A DNA stretch of 64,000 nt from the NCBI RefSeq assembly GCF_009914755.1, contig NC_060941.1; one strand, 5' to 3'. A program made the position numbers and the translations under genes. Shown here in pieces: positions 20,854 through 36,277 of this stretch. The stretch comes from the human T2T-CHM13v2.0 reference genome, Homo sapiens. The notes beneath the pieces were generated by a model, which was not told the DNA's origin, did no database searches, and saw only the letters and a program-made list of their open reading frames with translations. How positions within the stretch are numbered: the stretch's first letter is position 1; every line of letters begins with the position of its first letter.

Positions 20854-20927
20854 TAGAGATAGGGAGACTCCGTCTCAAAAAAAGAAAATAGCCAAAAGTG
20901 ATGAACAGGGGATATATAAAGGTACTA

Positions 20928-21034
20928 CTGCTTGTCTCAGCAGCACATATACCAAAATTGAATCAATACAGAGAAGATTAGCATGCTCCCTGCACAGTGA
21001 TGACATGCAAATTCTTAAAGTGTTCCATATTTTT
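20928..21034 (+). pseudogene. U6 snRNA pseudogene (RNU6 retrocopy)
   Basis: 107 nt colinear with U6 (GCAGCACATATAC..AAAATTG..ATACAGAGAAGATTAGCATG..GATGACA.GCAAATTC..TTCCATATTTTT) with many substitutions. Followed by an A run and embedded in old L1 sequence. Confidence 0.93.
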
Positions 21035-21578
21035 AAAAAAAGATACCAAATAAGCACCCGAAAAGATGGTCAACATCATTAGCCACTAAGTAAATACGTA
21101 TTAAAAACACAATGAGGTGTGTGTAGTGGTCTGTAATCCCAGCACTTTAGGAGACCAGTCTGGAGCATGACTTGAGCTCAGAAGTTCAAAACCAGCCTGA
21201 GCAACATAGCAAGACCTTATCTCTTCAAAAACATATTTCTAAAAACATTGGCTGGGTGTAGTGTAGCACACACCCATAGTCCCAGCTACTCAGAGGGTTA
21301 AGGTGGCAATGAGACATGATCATGACACTGCCCTTCAAAGCCTAGGTAACAGAGCAAGACCCTGTCTCAAAAATAATAATAATAATAATAATAATAATAC
21401 ACACAATGAGATATCACTACCCACCTATCAACATTACTAAATGAAGACTTACGTTCACATGAAAACCTGTGTGATGTTTCTAACAGTTTTATTCATAATA
21501 ACCTACAAGTGGAAATAACTGAGATTATCTTTCAGCAAATAAGTAAACAAAGTGCAGTATAACCGTAACAAACACTAA

Positions 21579-21976
<398 letters not shown>

Positions 21977-22067
21977 TAACATCCTTGAGATAACAAAATT
22001 ACCAAAATGAGGAATACATTAGCAGTTACGACTAAGTCTGGCGGCAGGAGGAAAGCAGGTGTGGCTA

Positions 22068-22382
<315 letters not shown>

Positions 22383-22823
22383 TCAGCAATGAAGAAAATG
22401 CAGGACTTGTACACAGAAAAATCATAAAACTTTACTGAAGTAAACTGAAGACAACATATATAAATGGAAAGACATTTCATGTTCTTGGATTGCAACACCT
22501 TAATGTTGCTAAGATGTTACTACTCCAAAGCAATCTACACATTCAATAAAATCCCTGTCAAAATCCCAAGAATGTTTTTTGCAGAAATTAAAAAAAAATA
22601 CATTCTAAAACTCATGTAGAATCTCAAGGGACCTCAAATAGTCAAAACAATCTTGAAAAAGAATAAATTTGAAGACATCACACTTCGTGATTTCAAAACT
22701 TACTACAAAGCTACAGTAATCAAAACAGTGTTGCCAGGCTTGGTGGCTCATGCCTGTAATCCCAGCACTTTGGGAGGCCGAGGCGGACGGATCACCTGAG
22801 GTCGGGAGTTTGAGACCAGCCTA

Positions 22824-23012
<189 letters not shown>

Positions 23013-23297
23013 TCAAAAAAACAAAAACAAAAACAAAACACAGTGTTGTACTGGCATAAAAACAGAGCACTGAAAGAGAATAGAGAGTTCAAAAATAAAC
23101 TCTCGCTTATATGGTGAAGTGATTTTCAACAAAAGTGCCAGGATCATTCAGTGGGAAAGAGACTCTTTTCAACAAATAATTTTGGGAAAACTGCATTATC
23201 TACATGCAAAAGAATGTAGGTGGACACTTCTCTTACACCGCACACAAAAATTGACTCAAAATGGATCAAAGACCTAAACATAAGAGCTACATCTGGT

Positions 23298-23635
<338 letters not shown>

Positions 23636-23682
23636 TCACACCTGTAATCCCAGCATGTTGGGAGGTCGAGGCAGGTGGATCA

Positions 23683-23955
<273 letters not shown>

Positions 23956-24250
23956 CTATAACAGAAAAAGAAAGCTTACAAGAGAATGTAGAGCTCATAG
24001 TTTCTACTTAGTGTTTGTTAGATAGATGGTTTAAATGGACTGAAAATCCTGAAAAACTGCTTGAATCATAAAGAATCTTTGAAATATTATGGAAGCATTT
24101 TCTAGCTTGTTTCTGAAACCTCTGAAAAAAACCTCCTCATGTATCAATACAAGCTAACCTGCTTTACAGAAATCAGAAGAAAACCATGGCTGGGCACGGT
24201 GGCTCACGTCTATAATGCCAGCACTTTGGGAGGTCGAGGTGGGCGGATCA

Positions 24251-24463
<213 letters not shown>

Positions 24464-25600
24464 TCAAAAAAAAAAAAGAAAAAAAGAAAACTATGTATTT
24501 TATTACATGTACACATTTGTCTTTCATATACTTGTAACTCAGAAAACCATGCTTTCACAAATGTAATAATAGAAATACAATAATATTAGCAATCATAACA
24601 TTTGTGAAAGTGTAAAGAATAAACTGGTCAGATGCTGTCTCTTACACCCTAGAACCCAGGTTCTGGTCAAGGCTTGTCTTGGTTGTATGAACTCACTTCA
24701 TGGACCTGTCATAAGGCTCAAAAGAGATACTGTAAACAAAAGCATCTTGTAAACTGCATAAGCCTGTAGATTTGTGGTCCATCTAAATCCAGGCACTTTA
24801 ACGACTGATAGCTGTCCCCCCAGAACCTCCTTTCTCGATTCTTAACATAAACAACTTATACTTCCAAGTCCAGTTCAAAAGTTATATTCTTGGAAGCCTC
24901 CACGTCCCTCCTGTCCATCCAGGCAGAACTAATCCATCTACACTCTAGTATTATGCTCTCATAACTCTTGGCTCTTCCCCAGTTCATTCAAGAGTGTAAC
25001 GAGCAGTTAAAATATGTCAGACATCATGCTATGCACTGGAGAAAAAATCTTAAATGTGTGAAGCTTACAAAGCTTTTTCACACACATTATCTCATTTCAT
25101 ACTTTAAAAATATCCCATAGGATCATGATTATGTGTTTACAATTTCTCTAACCAGAATAAATTCCCAGGGGGTAGAGACTAAGTGTGATTCATCTTTGAT
25201 TCCCCAGAGTCTAATGCAGTGTCTGGCACCCAGAAGGCACCCATTAAGCACTTGATAAATGAATGAGTAAAGGAGTAACAAACACTTGTTCGATTACTAA
25301 AATGTCAATCAGGGTTAACACTGAAATAATCTTTCCACAAAGTTTCCACAGGGGAGAGGGGAAAAATACATTATATTATATACAAACACATCTGGGGAGC
25401 GAAAATTCCTCCCTATAGCAGAGCATCTCCAACTCAAGTTTAACTGTTTAACAAAGCCACATAGCAACTGAGGATGGATTTGATTTTACTACTGGACTAA
25501 CAAGCTCTTGGTGAAGAACAATGAGTTCTGCATAAAAGCTCCTATGTAGATCATTCTGCTTGGTAAAACTGGACATTATTACACAAATATTAAAATAAAT

Positions 25601-26903
25601 ACTTAAAGAGCTTCTGCACAGCAAAAAAAAAAAAAAAAATCATCAGAGTGAACAGGCAACCTACAGAATGGGAGAAAATGTTTGCAATCTATCCATCTGA
25701 GAAAGGTCTAATATCCAGAATCTATAAGGAATTTAAACAGATTTATAAGAAAAAAAAACCATCAAAAAGAGGGTGAAGGATATGAACAGACATTTCTCAA
25801 AAGAAGATATTTATGCAGCCAACAAACATATGAAAAAAAGCTCATCATCACTGCTCATTAGAGAAATGCAAATCAAAACCACAATGAGATACCATCTCAC
25901 GCCATTTAGAATGGTGATCATTAAAAAGTCAGGAAACAACAGATGCTGGAAAGGATGTGGAGATACAGGCATGCTTTTACACCGTTGGTGGGAGTGCAAA
26001 TTAGTTCCATCATTACCAAAGACTGTGGCGATTCCTCACAGTGACCAATTGAAATTATATTTTACATGTAATAAAACCATTTTCTATTTACAAAAATCAA
26101 ATAAATTCTCGTAAAGCAAACACGCCTCCATTTATTTCCCACTTTTTGCACAAAATTGGATTTTCACTGTAACTGAGGTGTGCTAAATGCATGGTTAATC
26201 TAGTGTCAGCATCATCTTCCTATAAATTACAGATGCCTTCTGTGAGCAGGTCTCCTGCAGGCTCATGTATGTTGTATTTTGAAATCTACTTTAGAGGATA
26301 TTTTAAGACTTTTAGAACCAGAAATACCATTTGACCCAGCAATCCCATTACTGGCTATATATGCAAAGGATTGTAAATCATTCTACTATAAAGACACATG
26401 CACATGTATGTTTATTGCAGCACTATTTACAATAGCAAAGACTTGGAACCAACCCAAATGCCCATCAAGGATAGACTGCATAAAGAAAATGTGGCACATA
26501 TACACCATGGAATACTATGCAGCCATAAAAAAGAATGAGTTCATGTCATTTTCAGGGACATGGATGAAGCTGGAAACCATCATCTCAGCAAACCAACACA
26601 GGAACAGAAAACCAAACACCACATGTTCTCACTCAAAAGTGGGAGTTGAACAATGAGAACACATGGGCACAGGGAGGGGAACATCACACACCAGGGCCTG
26701 TCAGGGGATGGCGGGCAAGGGGAGGGATAGCATTAGGACATATACTTAATGCATGTGGGGCTTAAAACCTAGACGACAAGTCGATAGGTGCAGCAAACCA
26801 CCATGGCACATGTATACCCATGTAACAAACCTGCACGTTCTGCACATGTATCCCAGAACTTAAAGTATAATTTTAAAAAATTTAAAAAATAAAAAATAAA
26901 ATA
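25601..26903 (+). mobile_element. 5'-truncated L1PA (L1PA7/8-like) 3' end
   Basis: ORF2 C-terminal peptides ([21 protein letters not shown]; EPEIPFDPAIPLL..KDTCTCMFIAALFTIAKTWNQPKCPS), L1PA 3'UTR and A-rich tail. Confidence 0.9.
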
Positions 26904-27302
26904 AAGTCTTGTTTCAGGGTAATATTAATTTGCGTTACCACCTATTTCAACACGGCAGACAATTGTACCATCTGAGACAAATGGAGCTTTGACATGAAAT
27001 CTTAAAATACCCCATAAATGGTGGCCGGGCGCGGTGGCTCACACCTGTAATCCCAGCACTTTGGGAGGCCGAGGCGGGCAGATCACAGGGTCAGTAGATC
27101 GAGACCATCCTGGCTAACACGGTGAAAACCCGTCTCTACTAAAAGTACAAAAAATTATCGGGGCGTGGTGGCAGGAGCCTGTAGTCCCATCTACTCCTGA
27201 GGCTGAGGCAGGAGAATGGCGTGAACCCGGGAGGTGGAGCTTGCAGTGAGCCAGATCGGGCCACTGCACTCCACCCTGGTCAACAGAGCCAGACTCCATC
27301 TC

Positions 27303-27334
<32 letters not shown>

Positions 27335-27915
27335 CGCATGAATGGATTGATAGACAAAAAGCGAAAAAATCCAATGCTACCAGCTCTCATAAGCTCAAAA
27401 TTCAATTCTCTACTCTACAAAAATCCCTGGTATAAGTGAGAGATATACTTCAAGATCTTTGCATATTCCAAAGTTTATGGCTATTACTGCCACAGAGCTT
27501 CTTCCATAAACTTCAAACGTTTGCACTGAAGAGCACTGTGTCTGGGGACTACTTTACTATCACTAGCTTCATAATGGTGTTTTCTCCTTGGTGTAATATT
27601 TCACAAGGAGACAAAGAATACGTATGTGTGTATGTGAATCATTCATGCTAGTTACCACGTAAATAACAACAAGCAGCAAATACGAAGTTAAAAGTGAAGT
27701 TGCAGTGTAAATGCTGCTGTCCAGATGGGTGAGGCTTACTCATCCGCCAAGCGAAGTCCTCAACCTCGCCTCCACCGCACACAGCGTTCAAGTTTCCATC
27801 TCAACAGAACTTACGCATCATGAACCTTTACGGTTCATAAACAGTTGAGAAAGCTAACATCAAATTCTTGCATGCCAAGAGTCTACAAATTATTCCATTC
27901 ACAGATGTTATAATC

Positions 27916-27947
<32 letters not shown>

Positions 27948-27979
27948 GATACGGAGTCTTGCTCTCACCCAGACTATAG

Positions 27980-28228
<249 letters not shown>

Positions 28229-28678
28229 TGATCATTACTTAATTAGGATAAAACCATTCCTTAGAAAGGTCATTCAATTCTGATGATTGTATATCTCATA
28301 TTTTTCAAATACTCTCATTGTTAATAAGCATTTCACTCCACTAAGGCTACCCTGGCATCAAACGTATTTCAGATTTGGCCAGGCTCGGCAGCTCATGCCT
28401 GCAATCCCAGCATTCTGGGAGGTCGAGGCGGGTGGTTCACCTGAGGTCAGGAGTTGGAGACCAGGCTGGCCAACATGGCAAAACCCCATCTCTACTAAAA
28501 CTACAAAAAATTAGCTGGGCGTGGTGGCAGGTGCCTGTAATCTTAGCTACTCGGGAGGTTAAGGCAGGAGAATCCCTTGAACCTGGGAGGGAGAGGTTGC
28601 AGTGAGCCGAGATTGCACCCCACTGCACTCCAGCCTGGGCGACAGAGCAAGACTCCATCTCGAAAATAATAATAATAA

Positions 28679-28926
<248 letters not shown>

Positions 28927-29548
28927 TAGCCAGGATGGTCTCGATCTCCTGACCTCGTGATCCGCCCACCTCGGCCTCCCAAAGTGCTGGGATTACAGAC
29001 GTGAGCCACCATTCCCGGCCCAACACAATGAGTTTTAATAGACAGAGTCAGGTGACATTCATCTATCTAGTCCTACACGCCATTTTGGCATTGAAGGGTT
29101 CCACAGGGCTGGAGTCACTTAGCTCTAGGTGCACAATTCTAGTGTATGAGTATACTTTTCTATTCTAAAGCCGCAATGAGCAAAATGGGTCAGTGTAATT
29201 GTAGAATTCATCTTCTACATATCAAGCACTGTAATAGGTAAACATTTTATATACATCCTCTCTAATCTTTGCAACATTCCACAAAGTAAGGGTTATTTTA
29301 CCCATTGAAAAATCACTGGAAAGTCAGAGGATTTAGGGCCATTGCCCCCAACATCTACAGCCCACACCAAGATTTGAACCCAGATCTCTCTGGTTTCAAA
29401 ACCCTGCCCTAATCATTTCACTGTATTACCAATCCAAGGAATAAATAAAGTTAAGGTATCTTAGTCAGATAAAAGTGGCAAATTAGACCAGGCGTGGTGG
29501 CTCACGCCTGTAATCCCAGCACTTTGGGAGGCCGAGGCAGGCAGATCA

Positions 29549-29810
<262 letters not shown>

Positions 29811-30088
29811 TTAAAAAGTTAACCCCACAAACCAAGAAATCTATTTATGATTATGTTTGTTGTAAGAGACAGAGTCTTGCTCTATTGTCCAGGCTAGTCT
29901 CAAAGTCCTGACCTCAAGCAATCCTCCCGACTCAGCCTCCTGAGTAGTGGGGATTATAGGCGTTACAGGCATGAGCCAATGCCCCCAGCAAGAAGTCTGT
30001 ATGTTCTTATCATACGTGCGACTAAACAAAATTATACTTAAGAAACTGACAAATCATGGTAATATTTTAAATATCATGACTACACTGA

Positions 30089-30405
<317 letters not shown>

Positions 30406-32437
30406 TGAGCCACCGCGCCCGGCCAAAATGTCAAGGATTTTTACGCTGATGTGCTTAATGTGCCCAATCTGCAATTCTAGTGGTAATCAGTGACATACCC
30501 ATAAATCAGAGAGTACTTCTATGAAAATAATCACAGCCTACAAATACGGATAAAACTCCTCAGCTTTACCTCTTAGATGGTTCTAGACAGTTTCAGAATT
30601 CGTGCCTCTTTCTTCAACTCTCTCATTAATTTTATTACCCTTGGCAGTAAAATAATCTTACCAATTGCTCTCCCTATGAAATTGTGAATGAAAATTCCCA
30701 TTTCTCTTTGCTAGGTCTTGTTAGCTGCCATCTCTGGGAAGGAGAAAGTGTTTTTATAGATAGGCATGGCAAGGACAAATAATGGAGTTGAAATGCAAGG
30801 GTGGATGGCAAATAAATTGCATCTTGTGAACTACCTCCAACTAACTTCTGCCTGGAGCACTGTGTTTAAAAGGATTCCTAGGCCACATCTGGAGGGATCC
30901 GGGAAAAAAAAAAACAAAAGAGATGTAACGAAGGTAAGCGGAGAACCAGTAAAGTGTAGTGCTACAGTAGCCTAGGGTTTCAAGGAAAGGAGATTATAAT
31001 ATCCAGTCAGGCAGAGCAGCAGTCAAACAACATGAAGAAAAATGTCCACGAGACTTGGCATGTAGGAGATCACTGATGTGCCTATTGACAAGTTCAGTAG
31101 CGTTGTGAGGGAAAAGTCAATGGGCTAAAGCGGAAATGAGTGCTGACACAGAGACAGCAGGTGTAAACCAGAGACAGAGCCAGTGTACCGGATGGCTGAA
31201 GTCAAATACTTACGTAGCAAATGGGGATAGAGACACGTGTCCGATGGATGTATTGGCCTTCTCAGGACAAATATTCCATCCCCTGAAAACCACAGGAAAG
31301 GGGTAAAGAAGGATACTCCTATAGGTCAATTTACAGAAGAGAGCAAAACCTTAAAATTGTCAACGAAGTAGGAGCTAAGAACCTCTGTATCAGGTGAAGA
31401 GACAGGAAGGTCAAGACGGGGAAGGAGAAGATTTGCTAAAGATGTTGAAGAGAATGAGAGAACTAAACAGGGCTGGGCAAGCAAAGGCATCAGGCAAGGC
31501 TGAGTACTCAGATGAGGTTGAAATTATGGAATAGTTACATTAAAACAGGGTTAATCTGTATGACTAGGTGCTTTTTCTTTAGCCTTCAGATACAGAAGTA
31601 GAACAACAGACTGTGGATTGGGCTGGCATTTTGCCAGGATACACCAGGAAGACAGGGGCACAGGAAAGGCCCAATGTTGGGAGTATTTCCATTAATCTCC
31701 TATGAGATCCAGGCTGGCTAGGGTAGCAAGGCAGGTTATAAGAAGAAAAATACAGACAAACTCGTGAGACTGCAGAGGCTTGGAAGGAGAAAATGTGTTG
31801 GGTGACAGTGAGATGCAGAAGATTTCTAAGGTGATACACCTGTAGAGGAGAAGGTGGAGGTCCCAGCCCGGGGAAAAGGTGGCTAATCTGCCCCTGGTGA
31901 TGACCACTGGCATTAAAGGAATCCAGAAGAGACGAGGCTTTTTCTGTTTGTGGAAGTTATCTCCTTGTCCAAGTTTCTCTTCACCACTGAAAACCTCTGA
32001 AAGTTGTCAACTTCATTAAGGTAGATTCAGAAGACCTGTTTGATTCAAAATGACAAAATGCTTCTAGAGAAAAAGCACATATGTCTGGTCAGATAATGCG
32101 TGTATGACTTCGGACAAATCATAGCATTTCAGTGTTTGAGGTAACCTAGTCTGTCTGTCCTCTTTATTCCTTAACTCTCCATCTGTACAGACAGAAACAA
32201 TGTAATCAGCCACATAACTTGTATAAAATAAATATGAAGAGAGAACCAATTATGAAGGTAGAAGTTCTTGGGGTGAGGGGAAGAATTTTAAAATACAAAA
32301 TTAACTAGCTACTTCTTCAAGAAGAAAAATATCAGGGAGTACTGAAAGAGAACAATTGCAGAAAGGAAGAGAAATTAACGTGAACAGCAACCAAAAACCT
32401 TCTAAGAATGTATCAACAGTCCAGTGGAAAACAAATA

Positions 32438-32556
32438 CCCACCCTGATGACACCTTGATCTTGGACCCACGGCCTCCAGTACTGTGAGACAGTAACATTC
32501 TGTTGCTGAAGGTGCCCAGTCTGTGGTACTGTAAAACAGCCCTAGGAAACTAACAC
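32438..32556 (+). mobile_element. MLT1 LTR 3' fragment
   Basis: CCCTGATGACACCTTGATCTTGGAC..GCCTCCAG.ACTGTGAGA...CAGCCCTAGGAAACTAACACA. Confidence 0.7.
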
Positions 32557-32739
32557 AGCCTGTTAGCCCACAGATGGTGGAGAGAAGGAATGCTCAGTGG
32601 AGCTCCAGGCTTACTGTCTACAGCTCCCAAAGTGTGCTACAGGACCCCTGGATGGGTGTAGGTATGCAAGATAATTTTGGGTGGTGCAGGGTGAATAATT
32701 TCAAATGACATAAAAATGTGTTTCTCTTACTGGGTAAAT

Positions 32740-33232
32740 CAGGGGTCCCCACCTGTTAGGAACCAGGCAACACAGCAGGAGGTGAGCAGCCAGCCAGGGA
32801 GCAAAGCTTCATCTGTAGAAACAGCCGCTCCCCATCCCTCGCATTACCGCATGAGCTCTGCCACCTGTCAGATGAGTGGTGCCGTTCCATTCTCATAGAA
32901 CCCAACTGGGAACTGAGCATGCCAGGGATCTAGATTGCGTGCTCCTTATGAGAACATAATGCCTGATGATCTCTGACTGTCTCCCATCACCCCCAAGTGG
33001 GACCACGTAATTACAGGAAAACAAGCTCAGGGCTCCCACTGATTCTATGTTATGGTGAGTTGTGTAATTATTTCATTATATATTACAGTGAAATAATCAC
33101 AGAAATAAAGCACACAATAAATGTAGTGGGCTCGAATCATCTCTGCACCATCCCTTCCCCTTCTCCCAGGTCCGTGGAAGAGTTGTCTTCAAGAAAACTG
33201 CTCTCTGGTGCCAAAACGTTTGGGGACCGCTG
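32740..33232 (+). mobile_element. MER1A (hAT-Charlie)
   Basis: CAGGGGTCCCC...GGGGACCGCTG terminal inverted repeats. 8-bp TSD GGGTAAAT/GTGTAAAT. Confidence 0.85.
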
Positions 33233-33429
33233 GTGTAAATGTTTCTAAGAATAGTTAAGCAACTTAAGCTTCACATGCTACGAAGAATACAGCTTTAAAT
33301 GCTAATAAAAATAGGTGCAAATGAAAACATTCTTTCTGTGGTCCAGGGAATCTTAACCATTCTATCAGAAAGACTTGCAGCTTGGAGCTGCAGCTGCCCT
33401 CCCACATCCTGTCCGCTGTAAAGCCCTGC

Positions 33430-33602
33430 AACACACACATACAGGCGCACACACACACACGCACACATGCACATACATGCACATGCATATACTTGCACAC
33501 ACACATGCACACACACATGCACACAGATGCACATACATAAATACATTCACATGTATATACCTGCACACACACACATGCACACACATACACATGCATATTC
33601 CT

Positions 33603-33640
<38 letters not shown>
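33430..33640 (+). repeat. Degenerate (CA)n/(CATG) low-complexity tract ending in pure (CA)n
   Basis: Direct reading. Confidence 0.9.
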
Positions 33641-33644
<4 letters not shown>

Positions 33645-33989
33645 TGCTTCATGCCCTCACTAGGGTGGCCTGGGAGGAAATGCGTGTTTTTAGGAGAAAT
33701 GAAGACAACTCAGGCCCCTCATTCTCCTGGTGTTTGCACAAGTGCCTTCTCTGCAGACCATGCTTCAGCCTCTTTCTTGGTTCTCCCTCTTACTGAAAGA
33801 GAGAAGCAGAGGCCCGGCACATACTCGGCTGCTTAGGGCTCAAGCCAAGTTCGCAAGCTTCCTGGGGAGCCTAGTGAGATGAAGGCACTGCAGAGCCTCC
33901 CCAAAAGAGTCGTCGGCTTTTCGTGGATCCTTGAGCCCAGGAAGGCGATAGGTGAGACATCACAGTTCATCAGAAGACACGAGCAAACT

Positions 33990-35454
33990 CCGGCGAGAAA
34001 GGGCAACGGTCAAAGATTTTATTCTCTCGGAAAAGGGTTCTCGGGCTGTAAGCAGCAGGCAGAAGACTTTATTGCACGCGTAGTTAGGTGATGGCGACCT
34101 ACGGTTTTCACTGGGGACTGGGATCGAGAGTGATCCGACCTCCTACTCATGCTCGTCTCTCCCTGTCTCTCTCTTTGCCTTTTGTGTCTCTCTGCCTGTC
34201 TCTCTCGCTCCTTTTCCTCTCAGCCTCCTCTGTCTCTCTCCTTATCTCTCATCCTCTCTCTCTCTATCTCACTCCCTTCTCCCCATCTCTCTTTCTCTCT
34301 CCTTCTTTTCCACTTCTCTCACCCTCCTCATCTCTCTGCCTGCCACTGTTCAGGCTCCTGGGGCCCCACGTGGATGGGCGGACACAGGACTCCTAGGCTA
34401 CCTTTCATAGCGCAAGCAGAGGGCTGCAGGACCTTGGTCCCCACCTCCCAGCATCCTCAAAATGAGGGGTGTGGGGTGTGCCGTGCTCTCCTGAGTGGGC
34501 GCCCCACACTCCAGGAAGCAGAAACTGCAGGTCACAGCTGGCTCGAGTGGTGCCCACGGGGCTGCCAGCTTCCATCGTGTGATCTGCTGAGGCCAAAGCA
34601 GAGGACAGCAGCCCAGGCCCATCTCTGCAGCAGGGTGGGGGTAGGGGTGGGCTTGGGGGTGGGGATGGGGATGGGAGCCGCCAATGCAAACTGGCCCCTG
34701 GCTGGTTTCCTACCCTGCACCCTGCCATGCAAGTCCTACCCCTACCCCTACCCCTGTCTGCCCCACCTCCACCCCTAGGCTGCCCCACACCCAGGCTCCA
34801 GAAGTCTCCCAGGATCCAGGAACTAAGGGCAGCCTCTGGGTTCCATAGCCCCTAGTCCATGAGTCAGCCACCCCTCTGCGTGCTGACAAACCTTGGCTCT
34901 CATGCCCCACCCCAAGCCAAGCACACAGCCCTGTCCCCCCACCAGCATTATCACCGCCTCCTGATTTTGGCCCTGACAGCCCTGCTTCCTGGTAACCTTG
35001 CCCCCTCCCACCCTGCTCCAGGCAAGCCCAAAGGCCAGGCCCTCCACCCACCCTTCCTGGGGGCCACTCTACTATCTCCTTGCCCAGATGTCTTAACCTG
35101 GCTTTACCAAGATAGAATAAATAACAGGGATGAGGCCCCGGACCCCGCCAGGAAGATGTGCCAAAATACCCTCCATTTAGAAGCGGGAACAGTGATGGGG
35201 CCTATGGATGACCCCAGGATTGTCACCCAAGCAGCAAGAAGGGCAAGGAGCCCGGTTTCCTGCCCTTACCTGGGGAGGACGTGGCCAGGGCTCCAAAAGG
35301 CCCTGGAGAGGGGTGGGCAGGAGAGCAGATCCACCCTCCTCTTGAGGAAGCAGCCACCATCCCCAGGAAGAGCAGATGGGGGCACACAGGCAGAGTCCCC
35401 ACGTGCTGTAGAGCAGGGCCAGCAGAACTGTACTCAGCCCCAGCCCCAGGGGAG
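33990..35454 (-). pseudogene. Unprocessed TNFRSF13B (TACI)-derived fragment: exon 4 (35270-35454), intron, and last exon with 3'UTR (34583 down to ~33990)
   Basis: Exon 4 remnant: TTGCAG|CTCCCCTGGGGCTG...CCCCAG|GTAAGG, reading LALLYSTWGLCLCA..FLKRRVD (TACI: VALVYSTLGLCLCA..FLKKRGD). Exon 5 remnant: CAG|ATCACACGATGGAAGC, reading DHTMEAGSPV / EPAVTCSFCFLECGAPTQES / AGRWG (TACI: [30 protein letters not shown]..AGRWG). Followed by a GA-rich 3'UTR and two minus-strand AATAAA (34068-34073, 34018-34023). Frameshifted. Confidence 0.88.
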
Positions 35455-35475
35455 CTGCAAGATAGACTGAGACCC

Positions 35476-35821
35476 TCACAGGTTGGGCTCTGTGTCCCCA
35501 CCCAAATCTCATCTGGAATTGTAATCCTCCTGTGTCAAGGGAGGAACCTGGTGGGAGGGGATGGGATCTGGGGACAGGTTCCCCCCTGCTGCTCCCCTGA
35601 TAGTGCGGGAGTTCTCAGGAGAGCTGATGGTTTGAAAGTGTGGCACTTCCTGCTTCTCCGCTCACTCCCTCCTGCCGCCTTGTGGAGAAGGTGCCTGCTT
35701 CCCCTTCGCCTTCTGCCATGACTGTAAGTTCCCTGAACTGGGAGTCGATTAAACCTCTTTCCTTTATAAATTACCTAGGCTCAAGTATTTCTTTATAGCA
35801 GTGTGAAAACAAACTAATACC
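35476..35821 (+). mobile_element. MST/THE1 (MaLR) solo LTR
   Basis: GGCTCTGTGTCCCCACCCAAATCTCATC...ATTAAACCTCTTTCCTTTATAAATTACC...GTGTGAAAACAAACTAATAC. Confidence 0.85.
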
Positions 35822-36277
35822 CCTTCCCTGAGGCGCCTTCTCCTTAGGCAACCCGCTGCCCCCATGCTCCTCCTCTGCCCCCTGTTCTTTCTTTTCCCCT
35901 CATGAGGCCCAAGTGATAAACGGGGCCAGCCCCAGTCCCAGCCCCAGCCCCAGCCCCATCCTACTGCAGGCCTGTGTGGCTGCTGGAGAGGCCGTGTTCC
36001 TTTCCTCTCCCCAAGCCTGCCTGATATGCTTTCTGGATCCTGGAGGAAACTGACCCCCTATTCTCATACTGGTGCAACATCTTCCAAGACCTCAAAGCTG
36101 TACCATTTGAGCCAGTCTTTTTTCTTATCTCCACTTGCTAGGGCTGTCATTGGGACAGTCCTAGAGGGTGGTGCCAATGGATGAATGGATGGATGGACAG
36201 TAGTCCAGGGATGATGTCCCTGTCTGTCCTGAACCGGGCCTTTCCTCCAATGAGAAGCCTTCCTGAGTGAGTATATA

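Noticed and set aside
20911-20920. TATA-like GATATATAAA before the U6 copy, suggesting an active gene
   Set aside because: Only ~8 nt upstream instead of ~25-30, no PSE recognised, and the U6 body is heavily mutated with an A tail.
25773-26656. ORFs resembling a reverse-transcriptase protein C-terminus
   Set aside because: Broken L1 ORF2 remnants, not a gene.
33264-33836. Long Cys/Val and His/Thr ORFs
   Set aside because: Artefacts of the (CA)n tract.
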